A stretch of 64,000 bases of DNA. Source: an uncultured delta proteobacterium (lineage in GTDB: Bacteria; Desulfobacterota; RBG-13-43-22). The notes beneath the pieces are model-generated. The model was not told where the DNA came from and did not search any database. It worked only from the letters and a program-made list of their open reading frames with translations. Where the stretch lies: positions 66,482-130,481 of the forward strand of contig CAVQSS010000012.1 in the NCBI GenBank assembly GCA_963716045.1. Reading direction: 5' to 3'. Position 1 is the first letter of the stretch. Every line of letters begins with the position of its first letter. This document shows, piece by piece, positions 51,265 to 61,731 of the stretch. The position numbers were made by a program, and so were the translations under genes.

Positions 51265-52032
51265 ATGGATATTAAAGGTGGAGTAGCCGTGGTTACCGGC
51301 GGCGCTTCCGGTTTAGGGGAGGCCACGGTCCGCTATTTACTGGAGAAGGGGGCCAAGGCGTCGATCCTGGATTTTGCCCGAGACCGGGGTGAACAAGTGG
51401 CGGCCGAGTTTAGCGGGGAGGTGCTGTTCTGCAAGACCGATGTGACGGATGAAGCCAGTGTTAAAGAGGCCATATTGAAAACCATGGAAGTTTTCGGGGC
51501 CATTCATTTCGTGGTAAATTGTGCCGGTGTGGCCACACCCGGCAGGGTGCTGGGAAAAGAAGGTCCGATGGATATTGCCCGGTTCAATCAGGTAATCCAG
51601 ATCAATCTGGTCGGCACCATGAACGTGATCCGTCTGGCTGCCGAACAGATTACTAAAAATAAACCCAACGAGGACGGGGAAAAGGGTGTGATGGTAAATA
51701 CCGCGTCGGTCGCGGCCTTTGAAGGCCAGTTTGGTCAGGCGGCCTACGCAGCCTCCAAGGCCGGGGTGGCCGGCATGACCCTGCCCATCGCCCGGGAGTT
51801 CGCCAACTACGGGATTCGCATCGTGACGATCGCCCCGGGATTGTTTGAAACCCCCATGATGGCCGGCATGTCGCCCAAGGTCTATGAGTCTCTGGTCAAC
51901 ATGACCCTCTTCCCAAAACGCCTGGGACGACCGGTAGAATTCGCCATGTTGACGGCGCAGATCATTGAAAACCCCCTCTTAAATGGGGAAGTGATCCGGT
52001 TGGACGGCGGACTGAGGATGGGAGCAAAGTAG
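51265..52032 (+). CDS. Short-chain dehydrogenase, 3-hydroxyacyl-CoA / 3-hydroxy-2-methylbutyryl-CoA dehydrogenase (HSD10-like)
   Basis: [17 protein letters not shown] and [12 protein letters not shown] motifs, with a tail typical of type-2 HADH enzymes. Confidence 0.8.
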   Translation: MDIKGGVAVVTGGASGLGEATVRYLLEKGAKASILDFARDRGEQVAAEFSGEVLFCKTDVTDEASVKEAILKTMEVFGAIHFVVNCAGVATPGRVLGKEGPMDIARFNQVIQINLVGTMNVIRLAAEQITKNKPNEDGEKGVMVNTASVAAFEGQFGQAAYAASKAGVAGMTLPIAREFANYGIRIVTIAPGLFETPMMAGMSPKVYESLVNMTLFPKRLGRPVEFAMLTAQIIENPLLNGEVIRLDGGLRMGAK

Positions 52033-53583
52033 AGATAGTTGCAGGTTGCTTGGAATCCTTTTCTCCTGCGAGACTTTTTGGCTTTTTCCCACTGTCTTGA
52101 TGCGAATCGTCGGTCTGTTTTGTGTGAGCTGTAGGGTCGACGAACGGCCTTCCGATTCAGCCGGAATTTCCCTCGGCCCCCGCTCGTTTTCCTGATCAAG
52201 GCCTTCCACCAGGGCTACCAGGTCTTCCACCAGGGATCTCATTTGCTCTGCCTGGGTATTCAATTCCTCGGAAGCCGCGGCCGACTCTTCCGCGGCCGCC
52301 GCGTTCTGTTGAACAATCCGGTCCATTTCGGCCACCGCCTGGCTGACCTGGGTGATCCCCTGGGCTTGTTCCCCGGAGGCCGCGGCAATTTCATCAATCA
52401 AATTTGAGATTTTCCCGGCGACGGCGGTATTCTCCCGGAAGGCCTCCCGGGTGGCAACCGTCAATTCGTTTCCTTTCTTGATAGCCGTTATCGTATTCTC
52501 AATCAGGCTGCTGGTATTCTTGGCCGCTTCAGCGGCCCGCATGGCCAGGTTCCGTACTTCATCCGCCACGACGGCAAAACCAGCCCCCGCCTCCCCGGCC
52601 CTGGCCGCTTCCACCGCGGCATTCAAGGCCAACAGGTTAGTTTGAAAGGCTATTTCATCAATGGTTTTAATGATCTTTTCCGTTTCCTCACTGGTCCGGG
52701 TAATCTCGGTGATCGCCTGCCCCATCTGGTCCATGTGGGCATTCACTTTTTTGACAATTTCCTGAACTTCCCCCATCATGGTTTTGGCCTGTCGGGCATG
52801 GTCGGCATTTTGTCTGGTCATGGACCCCATCTCCTCCATGGAAGCCGAAGTTTCCTCCAGTCCGGCCGCCTGCTCGTAAGCCCCCTCCGCCAGAGATTGG
52901 CTGGCGGAAGAGACCTGAATAGAGGATGCGGCCACCTGTTCAGAACCCTCGGACAGCCCTTCGATCACCTTTTTGATAGGTCGGGTGATGGAGCGGGTGA
53001 TAAAAAAGGCAGCTACTAAGCCCAGGATAACCGCAGCCAAGGCGCCGGTAATCATCAGGGCGGTGGCTTGGGCCATCCGGGCTTCCATTTTCTGCTTTTG
53101 ATTTAAACGGGCCTCTTCCGCCTTGCCCTCCACGGTCCTGCCGGTCTGGATCAGGACTTCATCGATCTCCCGAAAGCCTTTCTCCAGGTCCAGGCGCTGC
53201 TCCGTTTTCTTGGCATTCAGTTCCACGACGCGGTTGAAGGCCTGCTCATAGCGATCCGCGGCCGCCAGGACTTCATCCATTTGACTTTGATTGAGGGGGT
53301 CTTTGAATTTCTTTCGAGTATTCGAAGCCAGATCTTTTAATCCGGCGATTTCCTTTTTAACCTCTTGAGCATATTTAGCATCTCCACGGATGATAAAGTT
53401 TTTTTCATGGCGGCGGGCCTGTAAAATCTTTTTTATCATCAAATTGGTATCGTCAGCCTTTTCCACTCGATCCACGATCTTGCCCATCCCGTCCCAACCC
53501 ACATAGGAAACAAGGCAGGTTAAAACCAGGGTGAAAATAAAACCACCCGCAATTTTGGTCTTTAATTTGTAACGGTTGAACAT
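51979..53583 (-). CDS. Methyl-accepting chemotaxis protein
   Basis: Two TM helices flank a periplasmic helical sensor. A HAMP domain is followed by the conserved MCP signalling hairpin ([37 protein letters not shown]). Confidence 0.9.
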   Translation of the reverse strand: MFNRYKLKTKIAGGFIFTLVLTCLVSYVGWDGMGKIVDRVEKADDTNLMIKKILQARRHEKNFIIRGDAKYAQEVKKEIAGLKDLASNTRKKFKDPLNQSQMDEVLAAADRYEQAFNRVVELNAKKTEQRLDLEKGFREIDEVLIQTGRTVEGKAEEARLNQKQKMEARMAQATALMITGALAAVILGLVAAFFITRSITRPIKKVIEGLSEGSEQVAASSIQVSSASQSLAEGAYEQAAGLEETSASMEEMGSMTRQNADHARQAKTMMGEVQEIVKKVNAHMDQMGQAITEITRTSEETEKIIKTIDEIAFQTNLLALNAAVEAARAGEAGAGFAVVADEVRNLAMRAAEAAKNTSSLIENTITAIKKGNELTVATREAFRENTAVAGKISNLIDEIAAASGEQAQGITQVSQAVAEMDRIVQQNAAAAEESAAASEELNTQAEQMRSLVEDLVALVEGLDQENERGPREIPAESEGRSSTLQLTQNRPTIRIKTVGKSQKVSQEKRIPSNLQLSLLCSHPQSAVQPDHFPI

Positions 53584-54105
53584 TCTCGTATCCTCCTGTG
53601 ACGGTCGATGAATGGTTGTGCTTGAGATTTATTTCACTAAATACCATCGGTAAATGACACTCTTCACTTTAAGTAAATTGTTTATTCAAGATTCGTTCCA
53701 TTTATTACGACATAGGATCTCGTTAATGTTTAACGCTAAGAGAAGTTAACCTTAACAGGAGTGAATAACCCCCTTCGTGGGATAATGGTATTTTATTGTT
53801 TAATTTAAAGTAGATATAAAAAAATAGTTTGGCACAGAGATTGCTTTTGTATGAATAGATAACTTTTGGCAGGTTGATAGCAGAGGGCTGGTTCAAAAAG
53901 CTTCAGACAGCTTATTGAGTCAAGAACTTGACGGGCTGGACGCTTATTGGACCATTGGCGGACTTTCAAACCCGATGACGGATCAGGATATCCCCCAAGG
54001 ATCCATCGAGGCAAGTCCGCTGGGTTCTTTATTCCTCCGTTTCCAAAGCAGACGAAATACTTTTAAAGGTTGCTTGGGAAATGCCGATAAGTATGAAGAA
54101 TAATC

Positions 54106-56253
54106 ATGAAGAATCAATATTTCTTCCAGAAAAAATTTATGCTTATTAAGGCGTTATTGGGCGTAGGGGTATTTTTCTTTTCTTTGATCGCCTGCGGGCC
54201 GGGGCGGTGTTTTGGTGAATTGATCCTATCCGGAAACCAAGATTGGAAAGCGGATGTTGCCATAACTTTCAGCCCGGAATTGATCGCGCAGGAATCGGGG
54301 ATAGTTCATAAGATTCAGAAAGCCCTCCAGGAACAGGTTCAACCTCACCGGGTGGCCTATCATCTATCCAGGCGCCCGGAAAGAAATGCCGCCTTCACCT
54401 ATATGATCACCCTTCAGGGCAACGAGGGGCTGGAGCAGTTTAAAAAGGTGGTTTTTGTCGCCGCCGACCCGACCATCCCGCTGACCGAAGGCCCGGTGGC
54501 CTTGGAGCTGGTCGGAAGGGTCAAAAAGGGGGAATCCATCCCGGTGATTTTGGAAAGCAATCCGACAACCGGGTTTATCTGGGAACTCACGCACGCGGAT
54601 GCCCAAAAGGTCCTTCAGCAGGGGGAAGCCGTTTTTGAGCCCAAGAGTGATCTTTTAGGGGCATCCATGAACCAGATCATCTATCTGGAAGGACAGGAGG
54701 AGGGTGAAACCTCGGTACACTTTACTTATCGCCGGCCCTGGCTGGGCGATCAAGTTCCCAAAAGAAAGACTACCATCCAGGTCCCCGAGATCGCCCTGGC
54801 GGCCGACCTTAGCAATCCGAACCCACCGCTGACGCGCCCGTCAGCCCTGTTTACAACAACCCCGAAAGAGGAAATCGCCTCCGGGACGCTGCAATTGGAG
54901 GCTTCCTTTGATTGGCGTAACGCGAATGGGCAGAATTATGTTTCACCCGTCAAAAACCAGGGGTCCTGCGGGAGTTGCTGGGCCTTCGGCACCGTTGCAC
55001 CCTTGGAAGCCAAACTGCTGATCAGCGGCGGGGGATTAGCCGATCTCTCGGAGCAATATCTGGTTTCCTGCAACAACAGCGGCTGGGGCTGCAGCGGCGG
55101 CTGGTGGGCCCACGATTATCATTACAACAAAAAAGTATCCGGTGAACTCGAAGCGGGTTCGGTTTTGGAATCCATTTTTCCCTATACCGCCAGCAGCAAC
55201 GCCTGCAACCCCCCGCATGCCCATTTTCAAAAGATCGAAAGCTGGAAGTATGTGGGCGGTTCTTCCGGGGTGCCCTCGGTGGAAGCCATAAAATACGCCA
55301 TCGCTACCTACGGACCGGTTGCGGCCGCTGTTTGCGTCGGTCCGGCTTTTTCCGGTTACCACTCGGGGATTTTTTTCACCGACGAAAAAAACATTTGCAA
55401 GACCGGGCAGGTCAACCATGCTGTGGTTCTGGTTGGTTGGGACGACGCGGCCGATACCTGGATCATGAAGAATTCCTGGGGAACCGGCTGGGGTGAGTCC
55501 GGTTATATGCGGATAAAAAGAAACGTCTCCAATATCGGCTACGCGGCCAATTACGTGGTCTATACGTCCACCAGTCCTCCTCCATTGCCTCCAACCCCTC
55601 AGCCCTCTCCCTCGCAAGTCACAACCACCCATTGGGTTTATTTGCCGGTGGTTTTGAGAGATAAAGGCCCCTGCCAGCAGACCGTTTGTAACGGGAATTT
55701 TGAAAATGGGCCGGATGGTACCTGGTTAGTCAATTCGAGCAATTCCTTGGGGGACTTTGTAATCGTGAACTTATCCGATTATCAAACGACTAACCATGGC
55801 GGTAATTATGCCGCCTGGTTGGGGGGAGATCCTGCTGAAGTCACCACGATCTCCCAAAACATCACTATCCCCGGGGATGCCACTCAACTCGATTATTGGT
55901 ATTGGATCGACTCCAACGACAGTCTTGGAAAGAGCAAGGGGACTGTTTATTTAGACACTACTCTTTTAAAGACCTACGATTTATCTCAGGTGACTTCGAC
56001 CTGGACGAATGAAAAGATAGATATTCCGGCTAATTTTCGGGGAAAATCAGTGGATTTAATTTTTAAGGCGGAGACCGCCCCCGATCCTACCTCGGTATTT
56101 GTCAGCAGCTTTCTGTTGGATGATGTGTCCGTTCTGAGAACCCAGTCGCCGTTGTCGTTGAAAAGCCCGGGACAGACCCCTAAAACCAGAATAATGCCTT
56201 TTGCACCCGGGTTAAGAAAGTCCGCCGGGCCTGCGACGGAAAAAGGCCAATAA
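54106..56253 (+). CDS. Secreted multidomain papain-like (C1) cysteine protease with an N-terminal chagasin-type (I42) inhibitor domain and a C-terminal beta-sandwich (CBM-like) domain
   Basis: I42 motifs ESNPTTGFIW, LLGAS and YRRPW. C1 catalytic motifs NQGSCGSCWAFG, VNHAVVLVGW and KNSWGTGWGESGY. The C-terminal NGNFENGPDGTW.. domain is CBM-like. Signal or anchor at the N-terminus. Confidence 0.85.
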   Translation: MKNQYFFQKKFMLIKALLGVGVFFFSLIACGPGRCFGELILSGNQDWKADVAITFSPELIAQESGIVHKIQKALQEQVQPHRVAYHLSRRPERNAAFTYMITLQGNEGLEQFKKVVFVAADPTIPLTEGPVALELVGRVKKGESIPVILESNPTTGFIWELTHADAQKVLQQGEAVFEPKSDLLGASMNQIIYLEGQEEGETSVHFTYRRPWLGDQVPKRKTTIQVPEIALAADLSNPNPPLTRPSALFTTTPKEEIASGTLQLEASFDWRNANGQNYVSPVKNQGSCGSCWAFGTVAPLEAKLLISGGGLADLSEQYLVSCNNSGWGCSGGWWAHDYHYNKKVSGELEAGSVLESIFPYTASSNACNPPHAHFQKIESWKYVGGSSGVPSVEAIKYAIATYGPVAAAVCVGPAFSGYHSGIFFTDEKNICKTGQVNHAVVLVGWDDAADTWIMKNSWGTGWGESGYMRIKRNVSNIGYAANYVVYTSTSPPPLPPTPQPSPSQVTTTHWVYLPVVLRDKGPCQQTVCNGNFENGPDGTWLVNSSNSLGDFVIVNLSDYQTTNHGGNYAAWLGGDPAEVTTISQNITIPGDATQLDYWYWIDSNDSLGKSKGTVYLDTTLLKTYDLSQVTSTWTNEKIDIPANFRGKSVDLIFKAETAPDPTSVFVSSFLLDDVSVLRTQSPLSLKSPGQTPKTRIMPFAPGLRKSAGPATEKGQ

Positions 56254-56491
56254 GGCCTTCAGACCATAACATTTATCACCTGCCCACCCCCTGCCTGCAG
56301 GGCTATCCGACGGAAAGCCGGATTTCCTGCAGGTCCTTCATCAAATATTCTTGGATTGCCCTTAGGGTTTCTCGTTGTCTCCTCGGGGGGCGCCAAGTTA
56401 CTTCCCTCTTGACGGTGTGGATCGGGATTATTAAACTATATTAACTAATGAAAGTATTCTCGGGTCATGATAAAGGAAGGAGTGTTTCAGC

Positions 56492-58537
56492 GTGTCCTTG
56501 TTAAACCCCATGTCCGTCCCCATATTAATAAGGAACACTGTGCTGATTTTTGCTTTTTTATTGATGGTTTCCGGTGGTCCGGCTTTAGGCCAGGCCGGCG
56601 CCCGATTTATATCGAATCAACAATGGGAAGCGGAGGTCCAAATCGCTTTCAGCCCGGGAGTGAGGGATCGGGAGCCTAAGATCGATCGGCTCTTGACCGA
56701 TCAACTCTTGGAGAAACTCAAGGCCCAGAGGGTCACTTATGACCTCCGGAAACAGGTCGGTCGGGAAGGCCGCCTGACCTACGGGCTCCGTTTTCAGGGA
56801 ACCGAAGGTTGGGGGCAGTTTCGAAAGGCCTTATTCGCGGCGACTGATCCAACCCTGCCCTTTACCGATGGACCGGCCCTGCTGGAACTGATTGGAAGCG
56901 TCAAGTCGGGTGAACCTCTGGCGCTGATCCTGGAATCGAATCTGGCCAGCGGCTATGCCTGGGAAATTCAAAACCTGGGGGCGTTGAAATTGAAATCGGC
57001 GGAAGCTGTGCAGTTTCAATCCTCAGGGAATAGGTTGGGGGGTTCCACCCGGCAAATTATTTCTCTGGAAGGGGTGACAGGGGGAGAAACCGCCGTTCGG
57101 CTTCTCTACCGGCGCCCCTGGATCGAATCCCAGGCCTCCCAGATGGAAATCACCCTCCGGGCGGCAGAAATCTCCCTGATCTCCGATTTGAGCAATCCCG
57201 ATCCGCTGCTGGATCAGCCCCGTTATTCCGGCGACCGGAAAGCCTCTCTACCCGACTCGCCGGTATTAGGACTCCCCACCTCCTTTGACTGGAGGGATTC
57301 CGGGATACTCACCCCGGTCCGGGACCAGGGGAATTGCGGGAGTTGCTGGGCCTTCGGTACGGTCGGCCCCTTTGAGGCCAATTTAAAATGGAAAAGCAGC
57401 CTGACCACGGATCTCTCGGAGGAGTTCCTGCTTTCCTGTAACACCGACGGGTATAGCTGCAACGGAGGTTGGTGGGCCCACGAATACCATTATAACCAAA
57501 CCGCCATCAACCAGACCCAGCCCGGGGCCGTTCTGGAAACGGACTTTCCCTACGTGGGCGCCTCCCAATCCTGTAACCGGTTGTTCAGTCACCCTTATCG
57601 GCTGGTAAACTGGGGTTATGTGGGTAATGATTCCAGCATCCCGGCCGCGGAGGCGATCAAAAACGCCCTTTACAGTTATGGACCGGTGGGCGTGGCGGTC
57701 TGTGCCGGCCCAAAGATGCAGGGCTATCGGGGGGGTGTTTTCAGCCTTGACGAAAAGAATTACTGCGGCGGAGGGGTCAATCATGCCGTGGTCCTGGTCG
57801 GGTGGAACGATGCTGAAAACACCTGGATTATGAGGAACTCCTGGGGGGCCTCCTGGGGTGAAAGCGGCTATATGCGGATCACCCGGGGAACTTCCAATAT
57901 CGGTTATTCGGCTAATTATGTGATTTACTCCGCGCCCTTCACGGCCTCTCATTGGACCTATTTCCCCTTTGTTTTTCATAATCAGGGGGAACCGACGCCT
58001 TCCGCCACCCTTCGAAACGGCGATTTTGAGTCCGGGCGTGACGGTACTTGGAAGGAGTCCTCCAGCAACGGGTATTCCCTGGTTATGACCCCGGTCGAGG
58101 GCTTGTCGATCACACCTCACAGCGGGAGTTGGGCGGCCTGGCTGGGAGGGGCCGATTTCGAGATTTCCGTTTTATCCCAACAGATCAAAGTCCCCGAAAC
58201 GGCGCAGACCCTGAGCTTCTGGCACTGGATCGGTTCGGATGATCTCTGCGGCTATGATACCGCCGGGGTTTTCCTGGGGACTCAGAATCTTAAAGGGTAT
58301 GATTTATGCACCAGTCACAATACCAATGGGTGGATGCAGGATACGGTCAATATCTCGGGGTACCGGGGACAGACCTTGGATCTCATCTTCAAGGTGGTGA
58401 CCGATGAGGGATATACCAGTAATTTTTATGTGGATGACGTGGTTATTACGACTGCCGCCGGGGATCCAATGGTCATTAACTATTCGCCAGCGGCAAAGGC
58501 GTCCATCAATCTGCCGACATCTCGGAAGAGTCGATAA
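56492..58537 (+). CDS. Paralogous secreted I42-like / papain-like (C1) protease / beta-sandwich protein
   Basis: Same architecture as the first paralog. The first inhibitor loop is degenerate (ESNLASGYAW), while LGGS and YRRPW are kept. C1 motifs are DQGNCGSCWAFG, VNHAVVLVGW and RNSWGASWGESGY. The C-terminal domain starts NGDFESGRDGTW. GTG start. Confidence 0.85.
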   Translation: MSLLNPMSVPILIRNTVLIFAFLLMVSGGPALGQAGARFISNQQWEAEVQIAFSPGVRDREPKIDRLLTDQLLEKLKAQRVTYDLRKQVGREGRLTYGLRFQGTEGWGQFRKALFAATDPTLPFTDGPALLELIGSVKSGEPLALILESNLASGYAWEIQNLGALKLKSAEAVQFQSSGNRLGGSTRQIISLEGVTGGETAVRLLYRRPWIESQASQMEITLRAAEISLISDLSNPDPLLDQPRYSGDRKASLPDSPVLGLPTSFDWRDSGILTPVRDQGNCGSCWAFGTVGPFEANLKWKSSLTTDLSEEFLLSCNTDGYSCNGGWWAHEYHYNQTAINQTQPGAVLETDFPYVGASQSCNRLFSHPYRLVNWGYVGNDSSIPAAEAIKNALYSYGPVGVAVCAGPKMQGYRGGVFSLDEKNYCGGGVNHAVVLVGWNDAENTWIMRNSWGASWGESGYMRITRGTSNIGYSANYVIYSAPFTASHWTYFPFVFHNQGEPTPSATLRNGDFESGRDGTWKESSSNGYSLVMTPVEGLSITPHSGSWAAWLGGADFEISVLSQQIKVPETAQTLSFWHWIGSDDLCGYDTAGVFLGTQNLKGYDLCTSHNTNGWMQDTVNISGYRGQTLDLIFKVVTDEGYTSNFYVDDVVITTAAGDPMVINYSPAAKASINLPTSRKSR

Positions 58538-58549
58538 GGGAAGAATAAG

Positions 58550-59446
58550 TTACTGAGTACCTCCATCCCAGCCGGCCAGGCGGGCCAGCAGCCACCAGAA
58601 GGCGACCCCCTTGCGGTAGCAGTTGAACGGATGGGAATGGGCGCAGGACCCGGGGGCGGGCAGGTTCGTGCAGTCAGCCGGATGGGAGCTGCACCAGTTG
58701 GAACACCAGTTGCAGGCGTCGGACTCGTTGGGATAATAGGTCCCGTCAGGGGCGAAACTTTCGATGTCGGCAAAGTCAAACAGGGTTTTGTTGTTGGCCC
58801 GGACATAATCCCGAATCTGGTTATTGCGCTGGTAAAGATTGCCGTTCGTTCCCGAACCCTCCAGGTGGCCGGTCATGTAAACAAATCGGACCTGGGGGAA
58901 TTCGTTCTCCAGTTGGTTCATCAAACTCAAGTAGGTATTCATCTCCGTTACCGAGGCCGAACCCGCTTGACCGCACCAGGACCAGACCACTAAATTCCGA
59001 TCAGCCCCGGTTCCTTTCAAATAGGTGCGCGTTTGAGCAGCCCAGGTCACCCGATCTGGGTTTCCGAGATCTCCTGAAGGGTTACCGTCTTTAATTGAAA
59101 GAATTCCCGACTGGATTGCCCCGTTGGTGTTGAAATCAAACAGATGGTTTATATTTAAGGAGGAGTTATTCTCGATGGCCTGCATTCCAGTGATGAGCTG
59201 GCTGCCATGGGAAGTGTGCCCATAAGTGGCCTTCAGGATGGACTTGGCCTGGTCAAGCCATTGGGCCGGGATTTTACTGATGTCGGTACTGGTGTGATCC
59301 ACGACAATGGCCGTAGTCGGCTGGGGATTGGTTGATTTAATAATCAATGGTAAAAACAGATTTTTAGTCGCCCAGGCCGGGTGATTCATCCCCAAGAGAA
59401 GAAAAAAAATAATGGTTACCCAACCGAAGACCATTCGATTTTTCAT
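58550..59446 (-). CDS. Secreted hypothetical protein with a Cys-rich C-terminus
   Basis: The likely start MKNRMVFGWVTIIFFLLLGMNHPAWA at 59446 has GGAGG 8 nt upstream. Conserved-looking WSWCGQ...FVYMTGH...FDFADIE segments are present. The C-terminal CNWCSNWCSSHPADC..C cluster is Cys-rich. No family named. Confidence 0.55.
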   Translation of the reverse strand: MKNRMVFGWVTIIFFLLLGMNHPAWATKNLFLPLIIKSTNPQPTTAIVVDHTSTDISKIPAQWLDQAKSILKATYGHTSHGSQLITGMQAIENNSSLNINHLFDFNTNGAIQSGILSIKDGNPSGDLGNPDRVTWAAQTRTYLKGTGADRNLVVWSWCGQAGSASVTEMNTYLSLMNQLENEFPQVRFVYMTGHLEGSGTNGNLYQRNNQIRDYVRANNKTLFDFADIESFAPDGTYYPNESDACNWCSNWCSSHPADCTNLPAPGSCAHSHPFNCYRKGVAFWWLLARLAGWDGGTQ

Positions 59447-59802
59447 TCTTGACACCTCCGCCCCAACCCTCCAGAGGGTATGGGTTCTGCTAAAAGAATA
59501 AGGATTGTAAGGTTGCATATTGCAGACAAAGGAATACAACGTTTATCGGCAAAATAGCGGATTTTCTTAAATTAATAATACACTTCCGGCGATAGTTTTT
59601 GGAGTGCGGCCGCACGAGGCCGTTTTTCGAGACGGTGGCAGGGTACCGCGGGCGTCGTAGGGGAAGCCGTGACGCGTCACGGCTGTTTAAAGCGCGGTCG
59701 TGCCCGCCCACTCCAAATAGAACGAAAGGGCCAGGGGGGGTGTCCCGCCTGACCCTTGTTGGGTTCTGATTTGTATAGTCTCCGGAAGGGCTCGAATTTT
59801 TC

Positions 59803-61578
59803 TTAACCTTCCTTCTTCGGGCGCTCCAAGCCCTTGACGACCTGGGCCCGGATCAATCGGGGCAGCATCAGGTGGTGCTGGGGGCAGATGGATTTGGGGT
59901 TCTGGTAGGCGGAGTCGGTGAAGGCCACCAGGTATTTCCGTAAGTCTTCGTAGCGGACGATCTCATCCACGAAGCCCCGTTTGGCGCAGTACACCGGACG
60001 GGAGTTGTTGTAGTACTGCTGGGCTAGTTCGTTCATCTTGTCGATGGTCGGCTGAAGAGGGCGGCCGGCGTCTTGTTCTTTGACCAGCCGGCGGGCGAAT
60101 GAGGCCACGGAGGCGGTTTCCCCGTGCATGACGTAGATTTCGGTGGTGGCGGTGCCCAGGGTGAAGGCGTTGTGGTTGTTGGCCGTAGGCCCGCCCATGA
60201 CATAATGGGCCGCGGCCGTGCCCTTGCGCAGGGCCACCATCATCATGGGTACGTCCGTCTGCTCGATGGAGTAGATCAGCGACTGGCCCAACCCCAGGAG
60301 TTCGGCCTTTTCGGCGATGTCCCCCACATCGATCCCCGAGGTATCCTGAAACCAGATGACCGGCACCCGGTCCCGGCCGCACTGGGTGACGAATTCGTTC
60401 ATCTTGATTAAACCCTGGCGGTAGAGCTTGCCGCCGACCCCCACGTATTCATTGGTGTATTCCGGATATTGGGGGCCGAGAAATCCCTGCCGGTTGCCGA
60501 TCACGCCCATCAGGAAGCCGTCGATCTTCACCAAGCCGGTATAGACCTCCGGGCCGAAGCCGGGGCGGAATTCCAGGTGCTCGCTGTTGTCCACCAGCCG
60601 GGCCAGGAAGTTATCGAAATCGTAAACCGCCTTCTGGTTGAAGGCAATCAGGGAAGGCAGGTCGGACAAGGGGAATTTCGGGTCGGCCGGTTCGGCCACC
60701 CGAAAGAACCGGGGATTGTAGGCCGGCATCTCGGCCATGTATCCCTTGAGGGCATCCAGGACTTCGGTTTCATTTTCATAGACCTCCCGGAAAAAGCCGG
60801 TCTGGTCGAAGTGGATCCCCACACTGCCCGGCGGGACCTGTTTGAAGTGGCGGGTGGCCTCAATGATCTGTTCGGCCCCGGCTTCGTCGAAAGAACCTTT
60901 AGGGGTCATGCCGCTGACGATCCCGCCGCCGCCCACGGCGATGTTGCAGTTCTTGTGGGCCAGCAGAATAGTCGGGCTGATTCCCTGATAGCCGCCGCCG
61001 GCCGGATTGGTGCCGTAGATCCCGGCCAGGATGGGGATGCCCAACTGTTCCAGTTCGGCATGTCGGAAGAAAGTGGTCCCATTGCCGCGCCGGTCGGCGT
61101 AGACTTCCTGCTGCTCGGGGAGCTTGACCCCGGAACAGTTGACCAGCCAGACCAAAGGCACCCGAAGCCGTTTGGCCAGATCGGTCACCCGGAGCTGGTT
61201 TTCCGCCTGCCCGGCGATCCAGGCCCCGGCCATCACCTTGTTGTCGAATCCGATCAGGACGCACCATTTGCCTCTGATCCGGGCCAGACCGTCGATCACA
61301 CCGGTCATCCCTTCTTCATTGTCCCGGGGATTATAGAGGGTGTGCAGCGGGCAGAACGTCCCCGGATCGATCAGGTACTCGATCCGGTCCCAGACGGTCA
61401 TCTCCCCCCGTTTATGGATTTTCTCCGCCGGGAGTCCGGCGTTCTTGACCCGTTCGACCTCGGCCGCCACTTCCTTCATTACGGCTTCGATCTGGGCTCG
61501 GTTATCGGCCATCTTCTCGATCTGGGCGGGCTTTAAAGGCTTGCCCAAATCGTCCATTTTCTTAAAGTAAGGATGCAT
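59803..61578 (-). CDS. gcdA: Glutaconyl-CoA decarboxylase alpha subunit / acyl-CoA carboxyltransferase
   Basis: 591-aa two-domain carboxyltransferase. The N-terminal region (..KRGEMTVWDRIEYLIDPGTF.., ..VMAGAWI.., ..GGGYQG..) matches the GcdA-type pattern and length. It is adjacent to a glutaryl-CoA dehydrogenase-like gene. Confidence 0.8.
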   Translation of the reverse strand: MHPYFKKMDDLGKPLKPAQIEKMADNRAQIEAVMKEVAAEVERVKNAGLPAEKIHKRGEMTVWDRIEYLIDPGTFCPLHTLYNPRDNEEGMTGVIDGLARIRGKWCVLIGFDNKVMAGAWIAGQAENQLRVTDLAKRLRVPLVWLVNCSGVKLPEQQEVYADRRGNGTTFFRHAELEQLGIPILAGIYGTNPAGGGYQGISPTILLAHKNCNIAVGGGGIVSGMTPKGSFDEAGAEQIIEATRHFKQVPPGSVGIHFDQTGFFREVYENETEVLDALKGYMAEMPAYNPRFFRVAEPADPKFPLSDLPSLIAFNQKAVYDFDNFLARLVDNSEHLEFRPGFGPEVYTGLVKIDGFLMGVIGNRQGFLGPQYPEYTNEYVGVGGKLYRQGLIKMNEFVTQCGRDRVPVIWFQDTSGIDVGDIAEKAELLGLGQSLIYSIEQTDVPMMMVALRKGTAAAHYVMGGPTANNHNAFTLGTATTEIYVMHGETASVASFARRLVKEQDAGRPLQPTIDKMNELAQQYYNNSRPVYCAKRGFVDEIVRYEDLRKYLVAFTDSAYQNPKSICPQHHLMLPRLIRAQVVKGLERPKKEG

Positions 61579-61617
61579 CGTTGAAAAACCTCCTCAGGTG
61601 TAAAATACGTTCGGGAA

Positions 61618-61715
61618 ATAATGGAGTGTTGGAGTAATGGAGTATTGGATTGTTGGGACAGGGAAAAGCGGCTCTCAACCCGCCACCATTCCATCATTCC
61701 TCTATTCCATTACTC
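61618..61715. repeat. Inverted repeat element (AATGGAGTATTGGA / TCCATTACTCC family)
   Basis: aataatggagtgttggagtaatggagtattgg faces ccattccatcattcctctattccattactcc. Confidence 0.75.
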
Positions 61716-61731
61716 CCCAACCCGGTTTAGC

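Noticed and set aside
51979-52032. The 54-nt convergent overlap between the SDR gene and the MCP gene as a sign of another frameshift in the MCP tail.
   Set aside because: The alternative frames of the MCP 3' region give no more plausible C-terminus, and MCP tails are variable. The overlap is unusual but not evidence of disruption.
59590-59715. A nested inverted-repeat structure (ggagtg...cactcc enclosing gccgtgacgcgtcacggc) between gcdA and the secreted protein gene, as a possible structured RNA.
   Set aside because: There is a single copy, no recognisable family motif and no terminator-like U-run. It is most simply another REP-like element.
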